A DNA stretch of 37,461 nt from Parcubacteria group bacterium LiPW_41 (GCA_007375535.1 VMEM01000001.1:1-37461); one strand, 5' to 3'; shown: positions 17,840 through 28,116, counted from the first letter of the stretch. The notes: generated from the letters alone by a model not told the origin. Numbers and translations: made by a program.

Positions 17840-18400
17840 TTAATTTACTTTTTGCATTATCGATCCTCCAGCGGTGACCTCAATCTGTGGTTCATTGGGA
17901 ACTCCAGCGACTTGAAGTGTAATAATCCCCGAAGCGCCCGTATCAGGAGAAAAGGTGGTCTCAAGAAACGGAGAAGAAAAATATATAAACGATGGCCCAC
18001 TTTTTATAGTAACTCCTTTTTCAAGAAGGCGTGATTCAATAGTTTGATTTGTTAACACCGCAGTAGCACCAACCGCATTCGATGGGCAGGTTGTTATTTT
18101 TTCGCTTTTTGCTCTCGTTACCGCGAGCGTAGAGATAGAACCACCAGAAAGATTTACAAGAATTCCACATGTATAAACCTCAGAACCACCAGTATATCGT
18201 TGAACAGCAAGCGAGCGTGCACGAGCTAATATACTCATAACACGTTGCTGTTCGGTCGCAAGGGCAATTGTTTTTTCTGATGATCTATTAAACCCAAGAA
18301 GAGTTCCAGAAAGAATACCAATAATTCCAACTACCACAAGCATCTCAATAACCGAAAAACCACCACTATGTTGTTTTTCCTTTGGCTTTCGAGATTTCAT
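17840..18400 (-). CDS. Minor pilin (FimT/GspH-like)
   Basis: GG|FSVIEMLVV; L.RARSLA motif. Confidence 0.85.
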   Translation of the reverse strand: MKSRKPKEKQHSGGFSVIEMLVVVGIIGILSGTLLGFNRSSEKTIALATEQQRVMSILARARSLAVQRYTGGSEVYTCGILVNLSGGSISTLAVTRAKSEKITTCPSNAVGATAVLTNQTIESRLLEKGVTIKSGPSFIYFSSPFLETTFSPDTGASGIITLQVAGVPNEPQIEVTAGGSIMQKVN

Positions 18401-18436
18401 TTCTATTATTATACCCTAAAAAGAAAGGAGAGAATA

Positions 18437-19342
18437 TTACAAACCAAAAAGAGAAAAATAAAGCCTTAGTAAATCGTATCCAAAAAATATTACAAGAAGC
18501 ACCCCAACAATAAAGAAAGGAGCGAAAGGAACCTTTTCTTTTAGGTGTTTCTTTTGAATAAGAACAAGCCCACCACTTACAATTCCTCCAATCATAAATG
18601 AGAGCATTGTGGCAAGAATAATATCTGGCCACCCAAGAAGAACCCCCAACGCAAGAGCAAGTTTCACATCCCCTATTCCAATTCCTCGCCCAAGAGTAAA
18701 AAGAACCAAAAGAATAAAAAACAATCCACCCGCAAGAAATCCAAATAAGTGCCCATACAAAAAGTTTTCAGTAGGCGAAAAAATCATCGCATAGTGACGA
18801 ATGAAAGAATTGTAGAACAAAGGCAAATCATCTCGCACAAAAAAAATCAAACCAGTATATAAAACACCAACAACACCCAATAACAAATTAAGCCCATTTG
18901 GAATTATAAAATGCTTCAAATCAATAATTACCATCAAAAGAAATATACAAAACACCACAATCCACAACAATGAAATTGCATACTGCCACCATGGAGCAGA
19001 AAGAGAGAAAAACACACTATTTGAAAATCCAAAAAAATAATTTATAAAAAGTGGAACACCCAAAAAAATGCATCCTGTTAGAAACTCTACAATCGGATAT
19101 TGTTTAGAAATTGAGTTGCTACACACCCTGCATTTTCCTTTTAAAAACAAAAAACTGAACAAAGGAAAAAGATCAAACCATTGAAGTGTTTGAGAGCAGG
19201 AAGGGCATCGCGACCTACCGTTTATAATATGAGGGCTCATCAATGCTTCTTTTTCGGGGTTATATCTGATTGTTACTACATTAAAAAAACTCCCAAAAAG
19301 GAGACCAAATACAAAAAGTATTAAACTTATCAAAAACATCAT
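18437..19342 (-). CDS. pilD: Prepilin peptidase
   Basis: GSFFNVV, RSRCPSC...W.DL.P..S...L.GKCR.C, catalytic D in IIDL and GIGDVKL, PFAPF. Confidence 0.93.
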   Translation of the reverse strand: MMFLISLILFVFGLLFGSFFNVVTIRYNPEKEALMSPHIINGRSRCPSCSQTLQWFDLFPLFSFLFLKGKCRVCSNSISKQYPIVEFLTGCIFLGVPLFINYFFGFSNSVFFSLSAPWWQYAISLLWIVVFCIFLLMVIIDLKHFIIPNGLNLLLGVVGVLYTGLIFFVRDDLPLFYNSFIRHYAMIFSPTENFLYGHLFGFLAGGLFFILLVLFTLGRGIGIGDVKLALALGVLLGWPDIILATMLSFMIGGIVSGGLVLIQKKHLKEKVPFAPFFIVGVLLVIFFGYDLLRLYFSLFGL

Positions 19343-19345
19343 AAT

Positions 19346-19801
19346 TTAAAAATTACATCGATAGGTATTTACTGGCTCTGTGGTAGTATATCCAGCATTT
19401 CCACGAGAATCAACACAATAGTAGTTTGTCATAAGATTTGGTTCTGCTCCTACTTTTACATTTACTTTTGAATAAGCAATATATGTTGTAGCTGCAGTTT
19501 GTGGACGTCGAACAACCAACTCTCCTCCAAACGCTTGAATGTCTTTCGCAAGTTTTTTTAATTCTTCATTAGAAATAGTTTCAATAGCCGTCACTCCCTC
19601 AACTATAGGCAGTGCATTATAATTTCCATTATATATGGTTTCAGCGAGTGAACGAACCTGATTAACTTCCTGAATTATACGCGAATCCCGCGCCTTGTCT
19701 CGCGCGGGGCCAAGAGAGGTGAGCAACACAGAAGAAAGTAAGCCAATTACGGCTACCACCACTAACATTTCTATAAGTGTAAACCCACCTCTTATTTTCA
19801 T
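19346..19801 (-). CDS. Type IV pilin
   Basis: GG|FTLIEMLVV, KARDSR, YYCVDSRG. Likely start ATG 19801. Confidence 0.9.
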   Translation of the reverse strand: MKIRGGFTLIEMLVVVAVIGLLSSVLLTSLGPARDKARDSRIIQEVNQVRSLAETIYNGNYNALPIVEGVTAIETISNEELKKLAKDIQAFGGELVVRRPQTAATTYIAYSKVNVKVGAEPNLMTNYYCVDSRGNAGYTTTEPVNTYRCNF

Positions 19802-19805
19802 AAAT

Positions 19806-20210
19806 TTAGTTGCAAGCACCACTCACCGAAGTTGAAGATGCCTTTCTCTTTCCACTACTATCAACACAATAATTTCCTCCACTTGGAAGAACTGAGGAAA
19901 TAGCAAATGTTGCGCTATTTGCAGCACCAATTGTATATGTTGGATCACTTCCTGCAATAGCCTTCACATCATCAACAGCAGTTGTGCCACCAGTAAGTGC
20001 CTTAATAGCAGCCAAGTCAGCTGGATATGTATTCCCATTAAATCCGGTCTCAGCAATTGCTGCAATTTGATTCAAACCAGAAATAACACGTGTATCTCGA
20101 GCTTTTTGACGTGATGGACCAAGTGCGGTCAATACTGCCGCAGCAAGCACACCAATCATTCCGACTACGACCAACATTTCAATAAGGGTAAACCCTTTAT
20201 TTTGTTTCAT
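19806..20210 (-). CDS. Type IV pilin, probable major pilin
   Basis: KG|FTLIEMLVV, KARDTR, YCVDSSG...C; Ala/Gly-rich, with its own upstream -10 (TGGTATACT). Confidence 0.92.
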   Translation of the reverse strand: MKQNKGFTLIEMLVVVGMIGVLAAAVLTALGPSRQKARDTRVISGLNQIAAIAETGFNGNTYPADLAAIKALTGGTTAVDDVKAIAGSDPTYTIGAANSATFAISSVLPSGGNYCVDSSGKRKASSTSVSGACN

Positions 20211-20266
20211 TGTATATTAAAAAAATTTCGACTTTTTTTGTTTATAAATTAAGTATACCACATCAA

Positions 20267-21481
20267 CTAACTTGCACCCAATGATTGAGAAACACTGTAG
20301 AGTGGAATTAAGATTGCAGCAAACAAAATTGCAACCATGATACCAATTCCCACCATTAAGATTGGCTGTATTAGGTTTACTAAATTATCAACCGTATCCT
20401 CCACCTGACGGGTGTAGAACATGTTCACTTTCTCTAAAAGAAACTCAAGTCTTCCGGTAGATTCACCAACCGCAACAAGCTGGGAAACAAGTGGAGGAAA
20501 TTCTTCCATCTCCCCAAGTGCTTGCGACAACAATTTTCCTTTTCGTACCTCATCGGCCGCTCTATGGAGTAATTCTTTGTAAACAGAATTTCCGATTGTT
20601 CGAGAGGAGATTTCAATTGCTTGCGGTATAGTGAGTCCTCCTTTTATAAGCACGCGCGCGGACTCGGAAAATCGTGCAATATATAATTTTCGAAATAATT
20701 TTCCAACTATTGGAGCGCGAAGCGTTAATTCATCAAGTACTGCCTTTCCTTCTTTTGTAGAAAAATAATCAATGATCATAAACACCACTACCACCAAAAT
20801 GATAATGAACGCCCACCACCAATCAGCAAGTAATTTTCCACTTTGAAGCATTAGGGTGGTAAACATTGGAAGATCTGTTTTTGTCTCTTCAAATATTGGA
20901 GCGATTTGTGGAAGAACCATTGTCACCATAACAATTACCACTCCAATGAACAATGCAATAACAAACGCAGGATAATAAAGTGCGTTTTTTACCTTTCCAA
21001 TAAGTGCTGATTGTTTTTCAAGATAATCAGCCAAAAAATCAAGAACCTCAGACAAGCGTCCTGTCACTTCAGCGGCGCGCACCATGTTAATATAAAACTC
21101 TGAAAAAACTCCCTGATGACGTTCAAGCGCCTGAGAAAGAGAAAATCCTGCAGAAACGTCATTCCCCACATCATAAATAACTTGTCTTAAGATAGGATTT
21201 GTCGTTTGTTTATATAAATTAGCCAAACTATCACTCAAAGGAACCTGAGAAGCTAAGAGAGTAGCAAACTGACGAGTAAATACCATCAAGTCTGCAGTTT
21301 TTACACGCTCAAAAAAACTCGACAGACGGCTCATGATCGAATTTTCTTTCACATATTCAACCGAAAGCACAAACAACCCATGAGTAAGCAACACATTTAC
21401 TGCTGCCTCACGTGAGCTTGCTTCAACGTTTCCAACCTGTAGATCCCCCTCTTTAGTTCGAGCTTTATAGTTGAACTTCAT
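20267..21481 (-). CDS. pilC: Type IV pilus platform protein PilC (T2SSF family)
   Basis: FTRQFATLL, G.SLSQAL, AAEVTGRL, ALYYP, VGESTGRL. Start is ATG 21481 or TTG 21487. Confidence 0.95.
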   Translation of the reverse strand: MKFNYKARTKEGDLQVGNVEASSREAAVNVLLTHGLFVLSVEYVKENSIMSRLSSFFERVKTADLMVFTRQFATLLASQVPLSDSLANLYKQTTNPILRQVIYDVGNDVSAGFSLSQALERHQGVFSEFYINMVRAAEVTGRLSEVLDFLADYLEKQSALIGKVKNALYYPAFVIALFIGVVIVMVTMVLPQIAPIFEETKTDLPMFTTLMLQSGKLLADWWWAFIIILVVVVFMIIDYFSTKEGKAVLDELTLRAPIVGKLFRKLYIARFSESARVLIKGGLTIPQAIEISSRTIGNSVYKELLHRAADEVRKGKLLSQALGEMEEFPPLVSQLVAVGESTGRLEFLLEKVNMFYTRQVEDTVDNLVNLIQPILMVGIGIMVAILFAAILIPLYSVSQSLGAS

Positions 21482-21513
21482 CTTCAATAATAATTATACC
21501 ACCAACAACTTAA

Positions 21514-22584
21514 TTAGTTTCTTTCTAGTAGCAACCTTAGCTCAGCAGGATTCAAAGAGTGAGCTTCTGCCTCTTCAAGTGAAATTTCTTTTCTCTTTAC
21601 TAAGTTAACAAGAGAACGATTCAACGACATCATTCCCTCTTGCACGCTGGTCTCAATAACCAAATCGATTTGATATATCTTTTTCTCACGAATCAAGTTC
21701 TTCACTGCAGAATTTGTAAGCATTATTTCTGTTGCGGGAATTCTTCCTCCACCAAGACGAGGAATAAGACGCTGTGAAACAATTGCCACAAGCGTAGAAG
21801 CAAGTTGGGATACCACCTGACCCTGTTGTTCTGGAGGAAATGAATCAATAATACGATCTATTGTTTGTGATGCAGAATTAGTGTGAAGCGTTGAAAAAAC
21901 AAGGTGACCAGTTTCAGACGCAGTCATCGCAGTCGCAATCGTCTCCGGATCACGCATTTCTCCAACCATCAAAACATCAGGATCCTGACGTAAAATTGCA
22001 CGAAGTGCATCATGAAATGATGTTGTATCCTGACCAACTTCACGTTGCGAAATAATACATCGGTCCTGAGCAAAGAGATATTCAATTGGGTCTTCAACGG
22101 TAATTATGTGATCAGTTCTTGAATGGTTTATCTCATCAAGAATTGCGGCGAGCGAGGTCGATTTTCCATGTCCCGCAGGACCCACCACAAGCACAAAACC
22201 TTGTGTTAGTTTTGCAAAATCATGCAAAATTGGAGGCATATTTAACTCCTCAAGTGTTTTTATCTGTGAAGGAATTACGCGAAGTGCGGCCGCCATAAAT
22301 CCACGCTGAATATATGTGTTTACACGGAAACGTGCCTTATCTTCAAAATTATATGAAAAATCTAACTGCTTTAGTTTCAAAAATCTATCTTTTTGGTCAG
22401 GAGAAAGCAAAGAAAATACCAACCCTTCAGCATCTTCTTTTGTAAGGATCGCCTCTTTGGCAAGAGGGACAAGAACACTATCTACACGAATTGAAGGACG
22501 TCGACCAACTCCAATGTGGAGGTCAGACGCATTTTGTCGCACGGTAGTAAGTAGCAACTCATTTAACTTCTCTTTATAATCCAT
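21514..22584 (-). CDS. pilT: Type IV pilus retraction ATPase PilT
   Basis: ASDLHI, Walker A GPAGHGKST, TVEDPIEY, LRQDPDV..VGEMRD, ETGHLVFSTLHTN, AVKNLIRE. Confidence 0.95.
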   Translation of the reverse strand: MDYKEKLNELLLTTVRQNASDLHIGVGRRPSIRVDSVLVPLAKEAILTKEDAEGLVFSLLSPDQKDRFLKLKQLDFSYNFEDKARFRVNTYIQRGFMAAALRVIPSQIKTLEELNMPPILHDFAKLTQGFVLVVGPAGHGKSTSLAAILDEINHSRTDHIITVEDPIEYLFAQDRCIISQREVGQDTTSFHDALRAILRQDPDVLMVGEMRDPETIATAMTASETGHLVFSTLHTNSASQTIDRIIDSFPPEQQGQVVSQLASTLVAIVSQRLIPRLGGGRIPATEIMLTNSAVKNLIREKKIYQIDLVIETSVQEGMMSLNRSLVNLVKRKEISLEEAEAHSLNPAELRLLLERN

Positions 22585-22615
22585 TATCTGTATTATACCT
22601 TATTTCTTACAGACC

Positions 22616-22659
22616 AAAAAATAATCCCGCTAGTGTATAGACTAGCGGGATTATTTTTT
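22616..22659. repeat. REP-like palindrome and probable terminator after pilB
   Basis: AAAAAATAATCCCGCTAGT-GTATAG-ACTAGCGGGATTATTTTTT; same family as 5277. Confidence 0.8.
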
Positions 22660-24383
22660 TATGTTGTTTCTTTCAATACCTCTTCAATTCCAATTTTTCC
22701 TTCTAAGACTTTTATTATTCCATCTTGTCGCAATGTTACAATACCCTGCCGCCTCGCCTCATCCCACAATGCACCAGATGTGAATCCTTTGCTTATTATA
22801 TCTCCAAGCTCTCGAGTCATTCGGAAAATCTCATACAATGCGATTCTTCCTGTTGTCCCCTTTCCCTTACACTTCTTACACTCTCTATCGTTGCCGTTTC
22901 TAAAAATGGTATATGGCTTTGAAAATGAAACCTCATCTCTAGCTTCTTTTGGTAATAACTCAAGGTTTTCATCAATAAGCTTTTCCATTTCTTTATCAGC
23001 TTTTTCTGAAATCCTACAATCAGGACACAAACGAAGAACCAAACGCTGTGCAACCATAAGATTTAATGCAGAAGAAAGGAGAAACGGTTGAACACCAAGA
23101 TCAATTAAACGTGGAATAACACCAAGTGAATTATTAGTGTGAATTGTAGAAAGCATTACATGTCCCGTAAGTGCAGCATTTACTGCAAGACCAGACGTCT
23201 CAGAGTCTCGAATTTCTCCAACCATGATAACATCAGGATCTTGACGGAGAATCTGACGAAGACCAGAAGCAAATGTATATCCAATTTCTGGACGAACTTG
23301 AGATTGATTTATTCCTTCCATAAAGTATTCAACTGGATCTTCGAGTGTCACAATGTTTACCGACTCACGATTAAGACGAGAAAGCACCGCATACAGCGTT
23401 GTTGATTTTCCTGATCCTGTTGGACCACTGATAAGAATCATTCCATATGGTCTTGCAAGAGCCTCTTCAAATATCTTTGCGTTGTATCCACCAATCCCTA
23501 ATTGATCAAGGCCACGAAGCCCTGTTTTTGGATCAAGCACGCGAATCGCAATTTTTTCACCTCCTGGAGTTGGAAATGTTGCAACACGATAGTCAATTTC
23601 TCTTCCTAAAAAGTTTGTTCTGAATCTTCCGTCTTGTGGAACGCGAGTTTCATCAAGTTTCAAACGCGAAAGAACTTTCACACGAGAAGTTATTGGTTGA
23701 ATGAGTGTTGGAGGAAGTGAAATTGCTTCAACAAGTGCACCATCAAGACGAAAGCGAATACGCAAACTTCTTCGTTGCGGCTCAATATGAACATCAGACG
23801 CACCAATTTCAACTGCTTGACGGAGTGTTGATGCAACAATTTTTATAATTGGCGCCTCTTCTCCTTTCCCTGATTCTTCTAGATCAATTGCAGAATTTTC
23901 TGATTTCAAATCTCCCATTTCAATCAATGCCGCCTCAATTTCTTTCTTAAATGGAGAATATCGCGTGAGTAATGCCCCAATATCACTTAACGTTACAAGA
24001 TAAACGCCCAAACTCACTCCTTGTTGTTTTGCGATAAATTTTAGTGCGTCTTGTGCTTTTATGTTATTTGGATGAAACATTCCAACAACAAGCATATTTG
24101 GAGTTCGTTCAATAGGGATAACTCGATAAGTGAGCACCATATCTCGAGAAATAATACTAAAGAGTTTCTCATCAACAGAGTTCACGTCTACCTTTCTATA
24201 TGGCGCTTTCAACAACTCACTTTTTATTTTTACTACATCTTCTTCTTTCGCGAGCTTTTTCTCATATAAAATTTCCTCTGCACTTCCACCAGAAAGTGCC
24301 GCCTCTTGTATGACTTTTTCTCCAGGAATTTTTTGAATAACTCCACGTTTTATGAGTTCTTCTATGAGTTGCTGATCTAACAT
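22659..24383 (-). CDS. pilB: Type IV pilus extension ATPase PilB (GspE/PulE family)
   Basis: ASDVHIEP, PQDGRF, GPTGSGKSTT, LRQDPDVIMVGEIRD, tetracysteine motif CPDC...CKKC. Confidence 0.95.
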   Translation of the reverse strand: MLDQQLIEELIKRGVIQKIPGEKVIQEAALSGGSAEEILYEKKLAKEEDVVKIKSELLKAPYRKVDVNSVDEKLFSIISRDMVLTYRVIPIERTPNMLVVGMFHPNNIKAQDALKFIAKQQGVSLGVYLVTLSDIGALLTRYSPFKKEIEAALIEMGDLKSENSAIDLEESGKGEEAPIIKIVASTLRQAVEIGASDVHIEPQRRSLRIRFRLDGALVEAISLPPTLIQPITSRVKVLSRLKLDETRVPQDGRFRTNFLGREIDYRVATFPTPGGEKIAIRVLDPKTGLRGLDQLGIGGYNAKIFEEALARPYGMILISGPTGSGKSTTLYAVLSRLNRESVNIVTLEDPVEYFMEGINQSQVRPEIGYTFASGLRQILRQDPDVIMVGEIRDSETSGLAVNAALTGHVMLSTIHTNNSLGVIPRLIDLGVQPFLLSSALNLMVAQRLVLRLCPDCRISEKADKEMEKLIDENLELLPKEARDEVSFSKPYTIFRNGNDRECKKCKGKGTTGRIALYEIFRMTRELGDIISKGFTSGALWDEARRQGIVTLRQDGIIKVLEGKIGIEEVLKETT

Positions 24384-24401
24384 ACTTTTATTATATCACT
24401 C

Positions 24402-24439
24402 AAACAACACCGCTAGTAGATATACGAGCGGTGTTGTTT
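24402..24439. terminator. Imperfect palindrome, degenerate REP-like member
   Basis: AAACAACACCGCTAGTA-GATA-TACGAGCGGTGTTGTTT. Confidence 0.65.
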
Positions 24440-24445
24440 TTTGTT

Positions 24446-24739
24446 TTATAATTGTTGAAATGGATTTTGTCTTCCTAGTTGTGGCGTATTAATTTTTTGT
24501 TCTTCTCCTTTTTTGTAGAACTTATTTAATTGCTCAACTAACTTTGTATAATCGGGCTTAATTTGTGAAAGCACCTCAACTTGCTTCTGATCTGGTGAAA
24601 CAGTTAATTCTTCTATTACTTGTGGATTTTTGAAAAATAAATAATACGCACTCACAAATAAGATAATCACAAAAATTCCGACTCCTCCTATAAGAACCCA
24701 GTTTTTCGGCTTATTCTCCTGTTCAATCATTATTGCCAT
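24446..24739 (-). CDS. Small membrane-anchored protein in the PilP position of the pilMNO operon
   Basis: Single TM, C-terminal GRQNPF motif, directly after pilO. Confidence 0.7.
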   Translation of the reverse strand: MAIMIEQENKPKNWVLIGGVGIFVIILFVSAYYLFFKNPQVIEELTVSPDQKQVEVLSQIKPDYTKLVEQLNKFYKKGEEQKINTPQLGRQNPFQQL

Positions 24740-24741
24740 AA

Positions 24742-25311
24742 TTATTCTTCTTGATAATACATTTGTGCGACTAATTGAAGTGTGAACTGCGTTGAACCAC
24801 TTCCCATCTCTGATGCGGTTGAAAGCTCAAAATTATTAATGTTAGTTACGCGAACATTTGTTTCAAGAGCACGCAAAAAGTCACGAATAGACTCATAAGG
24901 TCCTGAAACAGAGAAATTGAGATCGAGCTTCCCCAATCGCTTCGCAAGAATTTGCTTGTTTGCCTCTGCTGCTGTTGCCTTAATAGTGAGGGCATCAATG
25001 GTTACTTTATTCGAACGAATGACTGATTCAACTTGATGAAGTGCTTGAGTCATATTTGGACCGACAGGTAATGCCTGTGAAATTGCCTCACGAACTTTTG
25101 TAGCATTTTTCATTTCAACAAAAGCCTTGTTTACCTGTTCTGTCGCATTTTTTTGATTATTAAAAAGATTTTCTGCAACGCTTATCTCAGCGCGCTTCTT
25201 TTCAATTTCGGTATATGTTGGTCGAATAAGTGACCCATACACAACAAGCACACCAATTAAAAATATTGCTGCAATTCCTATACTTAATACTCGTTTTGAT
25301 GATGCTCTCAT
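24742..25311 (-). CDS. pilO: PilO-like protein
   Basis: TM, coiled coil, ALP, VSGPYESIRDFLRALETNVR. Confidence 0.82.
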   Translation of the reverse strand: MRASSKRVLSIGIAAIFLIGVLVVYGSLIRPTYTEIEKKRAEISVAENLFNNQKNATEQVNKAFVEMKNATKVREAISQALPVGPNMTQALHQVESVIRSNKVTIDALTIKATAAEANKQILAKRLGKLDLNFSVSGPYESIRDFLRALETNVRVTNINNFELSTASEMGSGSTQFTLQLVAQMYYQEE

Positions 25312-25314
25312 AAT

Positions 25315-25878
25315 TTATAATGCTGGTGTTACAAAGAAATTATCTCTAAATACAAACTCAATCTCAAAACTGACTTTATTTGCCTCTTTGAAACGCATTT
25401 GTGTCAATACTGCACTTTTTAATTCTGGAGCAGAATCAAACACAGAAAGTTGTTGAACTAATGCTTCAGACGTCGCCGCAACGCCTTGGATCTTTAACGA
25501 TCCCCCATCTGCGGCATATGACGCATTTGTGTAATATACATTTGTTGCAGTTTTCTCTTCTAAAAATTTAAAAATATTTCCAGAAAATTGATGTCTATCA
25601 AGAACCTTCTTTAAATTTAACGTCTGGGAATAAAAATTTACATATTTTGTCTGGTCGTCTGGATTTATTTTTTTTGCAAGAGCTGTTATTTCTGTCTTCA
25701 AAGTTTCTTGTCTCTTGTTGAGATATGATGCATATCCAAACTTCACACCAGCAAAAATGAATAATGAAAAAATAAACAAAACAATGGAAAACACCATAAG
25801 TTTCCAAGGAAGCCCAACTGAGGGGGTGTCAACAATGAACTGATCCGCGAGCGCAGTTTGTGGATCTCTTTGTTCCAT
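25315..25878 (-). CDS. pilN: PilN-like protein
   Basis: TM, coiled coil and ferredoxin-like domain (LKIQGVA...LVQQL); lies between pilM and pilO. Confidence 0.78.
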   Translation of the reverse strand: MEQRDPQTALADQFIVDTPSVGLPWKLMVFSIVLFIFSLFIFAGVKFGYASYLNKRQETLKTEITALAKKINPDDQTKYVNFYSQTLNLKKVLDRHQFSGNIFKFLEEKTATNVYYTNASYAADGGSLKIQGVAATSEALVQQLSVFDSAPELKSAVLTQMRFKEANKVSFEIEFVFRDNFFVTPAL

Positions 25879-25887
25879 TAGTATTAT

Positions 25888-26214
25888 TATAGCAAACGCA
25901 GCGAGAGAAATGGAAATGTCTTCATTTCTATTTCCGAAGCAAGTGCAGCTAAAAGCAAAGCTTTATAACAAATGGAATGAGGAAATGGACACTATGTGTA
26001 CATTTCCGAATGAAATGCGGTTACAAGCGAAGCTTTATAGCAAACGCAGCGAGAGAAATGGAAATGTCTTCATTTCTATTTCCGAAGCAAGTGCAGCTAA
26101 AAGCAAAGCTTTATAGCAAACGTAATGAGGAATATGCAGACGAAGTATGTATATTCCGAATGAGTGTAGCTGCACGAAGTGCTATAACAAATGGAATGAG
26201 GAAATGGACACTAT
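25888..26214. repeat. Tandem array of 71-76 bp hairpin units (A-B-A-C-B')
   Basis: Units start with TATA(G/A)CAA at 25888, 25964, 26036, 26112 and 26183. Units 1 and 3 are identical (76 bp); unit 5 is a truncated copy of unit 2. Confidence 0.92.
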
Positions 26215-26223
26215 CTACACCTT

Positions 26224-27324
26224 CTACACAAAGAATCGTAATGCAAGCCCAGAAGCAGATGCAAAAGTTCTCCCAACTTGTTTTCGAATCGGCTCAATTT
26301 CCGCAGGCAAAACAAAGTGTCGCAACGAATCTGTTGTTTTTACTAAAAGTCCTGTCGCATCTTTTACATATTGATCAATCCCCGCTAGATTGGCACCACC
26401 ACCAACGAGAACTATTTCTGAAACCTTCTTTTTACTTGTTCTCTCAAACTCATTTCTTACCCTTACGCACTCATTAAAAATAACATCGAGAAACGGGTAA
26501 AGCGCCTGCGAAATTTCATACTCTCCCCCAGAACCAAGAAGTCCTTTATGTTTTTTTAACTCTTCTGCACGAAGTGGGGAAATGCTTAACGAGCGAGCAA
26601 GCGACTTCGTGAGCGAGGACCCCCCCGAATCAACTTGAGTGGAACGCTTAGAAATTCCACCTTCAATAATATAAATTCCAGTTGATTCTCCACCTATATC
26701 AACAACTTGAACAATCGGATCTGTCGGAGACAAGAGCGACCGAATGAGGGACTGATGTTCCACTTCTAGTGCTCGCAATGTAATCCCAACACTTTCAAAT
26801 ATTTTCTTTGTCGTATTAATAACCGTAAGCGGTACAGCAACAATAAGATATCGGGACATATCCTGTCCCCTTTCATTTTGAAATGAGTCCATTTTCAACC
26901 ACTCGATGTTCACCTGATCCATTGGAAGTGGAACATATTGTTTCACTTGAAATTTTAATGCCGCCGCAGCTTCGTTTGGTGGAAGTGTTGGCATATCAAT
27001 TGTTACAAAAAATGCATTATAAACAGGAATCGACACAATAGCATTTTTTGTTTTTGGATTCACCTCTTTTAATAATTTTGAAAGCAACTGTGAAATATCT
27101 CGTTCTGATATCTTCAGTGCACTTGTTTGAATTGCTGCATTTCCCCTACTTAAATAATCTTTCGTTTCGAGTAATCCATAGTTTTCAAGCGCCAAAGAAT
27201 CTCCCCGTTTTCCCACCTCAACAAGTTTTATTGAAGTAGTCCCAATATCAATACCAAGAACTCGCGCTGAAGAAAGCGAGTTTTTTACATCAGAGAAAAA
27301 AGATTTTATCCAAAAGTCAATCAC
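26224..27324 (-). CDS. pilM: Type IV pilus assembly protein PilM
   Basis: Actin-like motifs LGIDIGTTSIKLVE, YVPLPM, VDIGGEST, AEELK, LVGGGANL.GI. Likely start GTG 27324, 7 nt after TGGTAAAAT. Confidence 0.93.
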   Translation of the reverse strand: MIDFWIKSFFSDVKNSLSSARVLGIDIGTTSIKLVEVGKRGDSLALENYGLLETKDYLSRGNAAIQTSALKISERDISQLLSKLLKEVNPKTKNAIVSIPVYNAFFVTIDMPTLPPNEAAAALKFQVKQYVPLPMDQVNIEWLKMDSFQNERGQDMSRYLIVAVPLTVINTTKKIFESVGITLRALEVEHQSLIRSLLSPTDPIVQVVDIGGESTGIYIIEGGISKRSTQVDSGGSSLTKSLARSLSISPLRAEELKKHKGLLGSGGEYEISQALYPFLDVIFNECVRVRNEFERTSKKKVSEIVLVGGGANLAGIDQYVKDATGLLVKTTDSLRHFVLPAEIEPIRKQVGRTFASASGLALRFFV

Positions 27325-27372
27325 TGTGCTTATTTTACCATACTTTTTTGAGTATTGAGATACAATAAATAT

Positions 27373-28089
27373 GTGACACCACACCCAAGTGAAATACTCA
27401 AAAGTTCGTTGTTTCCTCCACGATGTGTAATTTGTAATATAGCAACGAACAATGAAAAATATGAAGCAATCTGTGATTCATGCATAAGGGGATACACTCC
27501 GCTTTCTGGATTTTCCTGTCCTGAATGTGGGAAAAGAATTCCAACACTTCATTCAATCTGTCACCGGACAAATTTTCTCCTCTGTGCATCACAACTATAT
27601 TCAAATCGTCCTACAGAAATACTTATTCAACATCTAAAATTCCTTTATATAAGATCAGCAGCAATTCCCGTCGCACATATGATGTTACAGACACTAAACA
27701 GTGTCATACAGGAAATCCCATTCGATCTTTCAAAAACTTTACTCACACCAATTCCCCTTGCTTCACGTAGAGAGCGAGAACGCGGATTCAATCAATCGGC
27801 GCTTCTCGCAAAAGAGATTCATTCGTGTATTCCACAACTTATCTATGCACCAAAAATACTAAAACGAATTAAATATGAGTTGCCCCAAACAAAAACACAT
27901 ACACAAAAGGAGCGTAACATAAATTTAAATAATGCCTTTTCTGCAGATATACCAACTACAATACAAGGACTTCCAATAATACTCATAGATGATGTTTATA
28001 CAACAGGAGCAACAATAAAAAATGCAGTAAAAAAATTAAAAGAAAAAGGAGCAGGAAAAATTATTGTTCTCGTTGGAGCGCGCACATAA
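27373..28089 (+). CDS. comF: ComF family competence protein (Zn finger plus phosphoribosyltransferase)
   Basis: LFPPRCVIC..CDSC..CPEC, RGFNQS, LIDDVYTTGAT. Likely start GTG 27373. Confidence 0.92.
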   Translation: MTPHPSEILKSSLFPPRCVICNIATNNEKYEAICDSCIRGYTPLSGFSCPECGKRIPTLHSICHRTNFLLCASQLYSNRPTEILIQHLKFLYIRSAAIPVAHMMLQTLNSVIQEIPFDLSKTLLTPIPLASRRERERGFNQSALLAKEIHSCIPQLIYAPKILKRIKYELPQTKTHTQKERNINLNNAFSADIPTTIQGLPIILIDDVYTTGATIKNAVKKLKEKGAGKIIVLVGART

Positions 28090-28094
28090 AAACA

Positions 28095-28116
28095 CCGCCA
28101 GTCCATAGACTGGCGG
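28095..28116. repeat. REP-like palindrome
   Basis: CCGCCAGTC-CATA-GACTGGCGG between convergent genes. Confidence 0.75.

Noticed and set aside
25888-26214. Possible CRISPR array
   Set aside because: No constant repeat with unique spacers: whole units are homologous and palindromic, the variable parts recur, related units occur singly elsewhere, and there are no cas genes.
25910-26477. ORFs spanning the repeat array
   Set aside because: Translations of repeat units, partly antisense to pilM.
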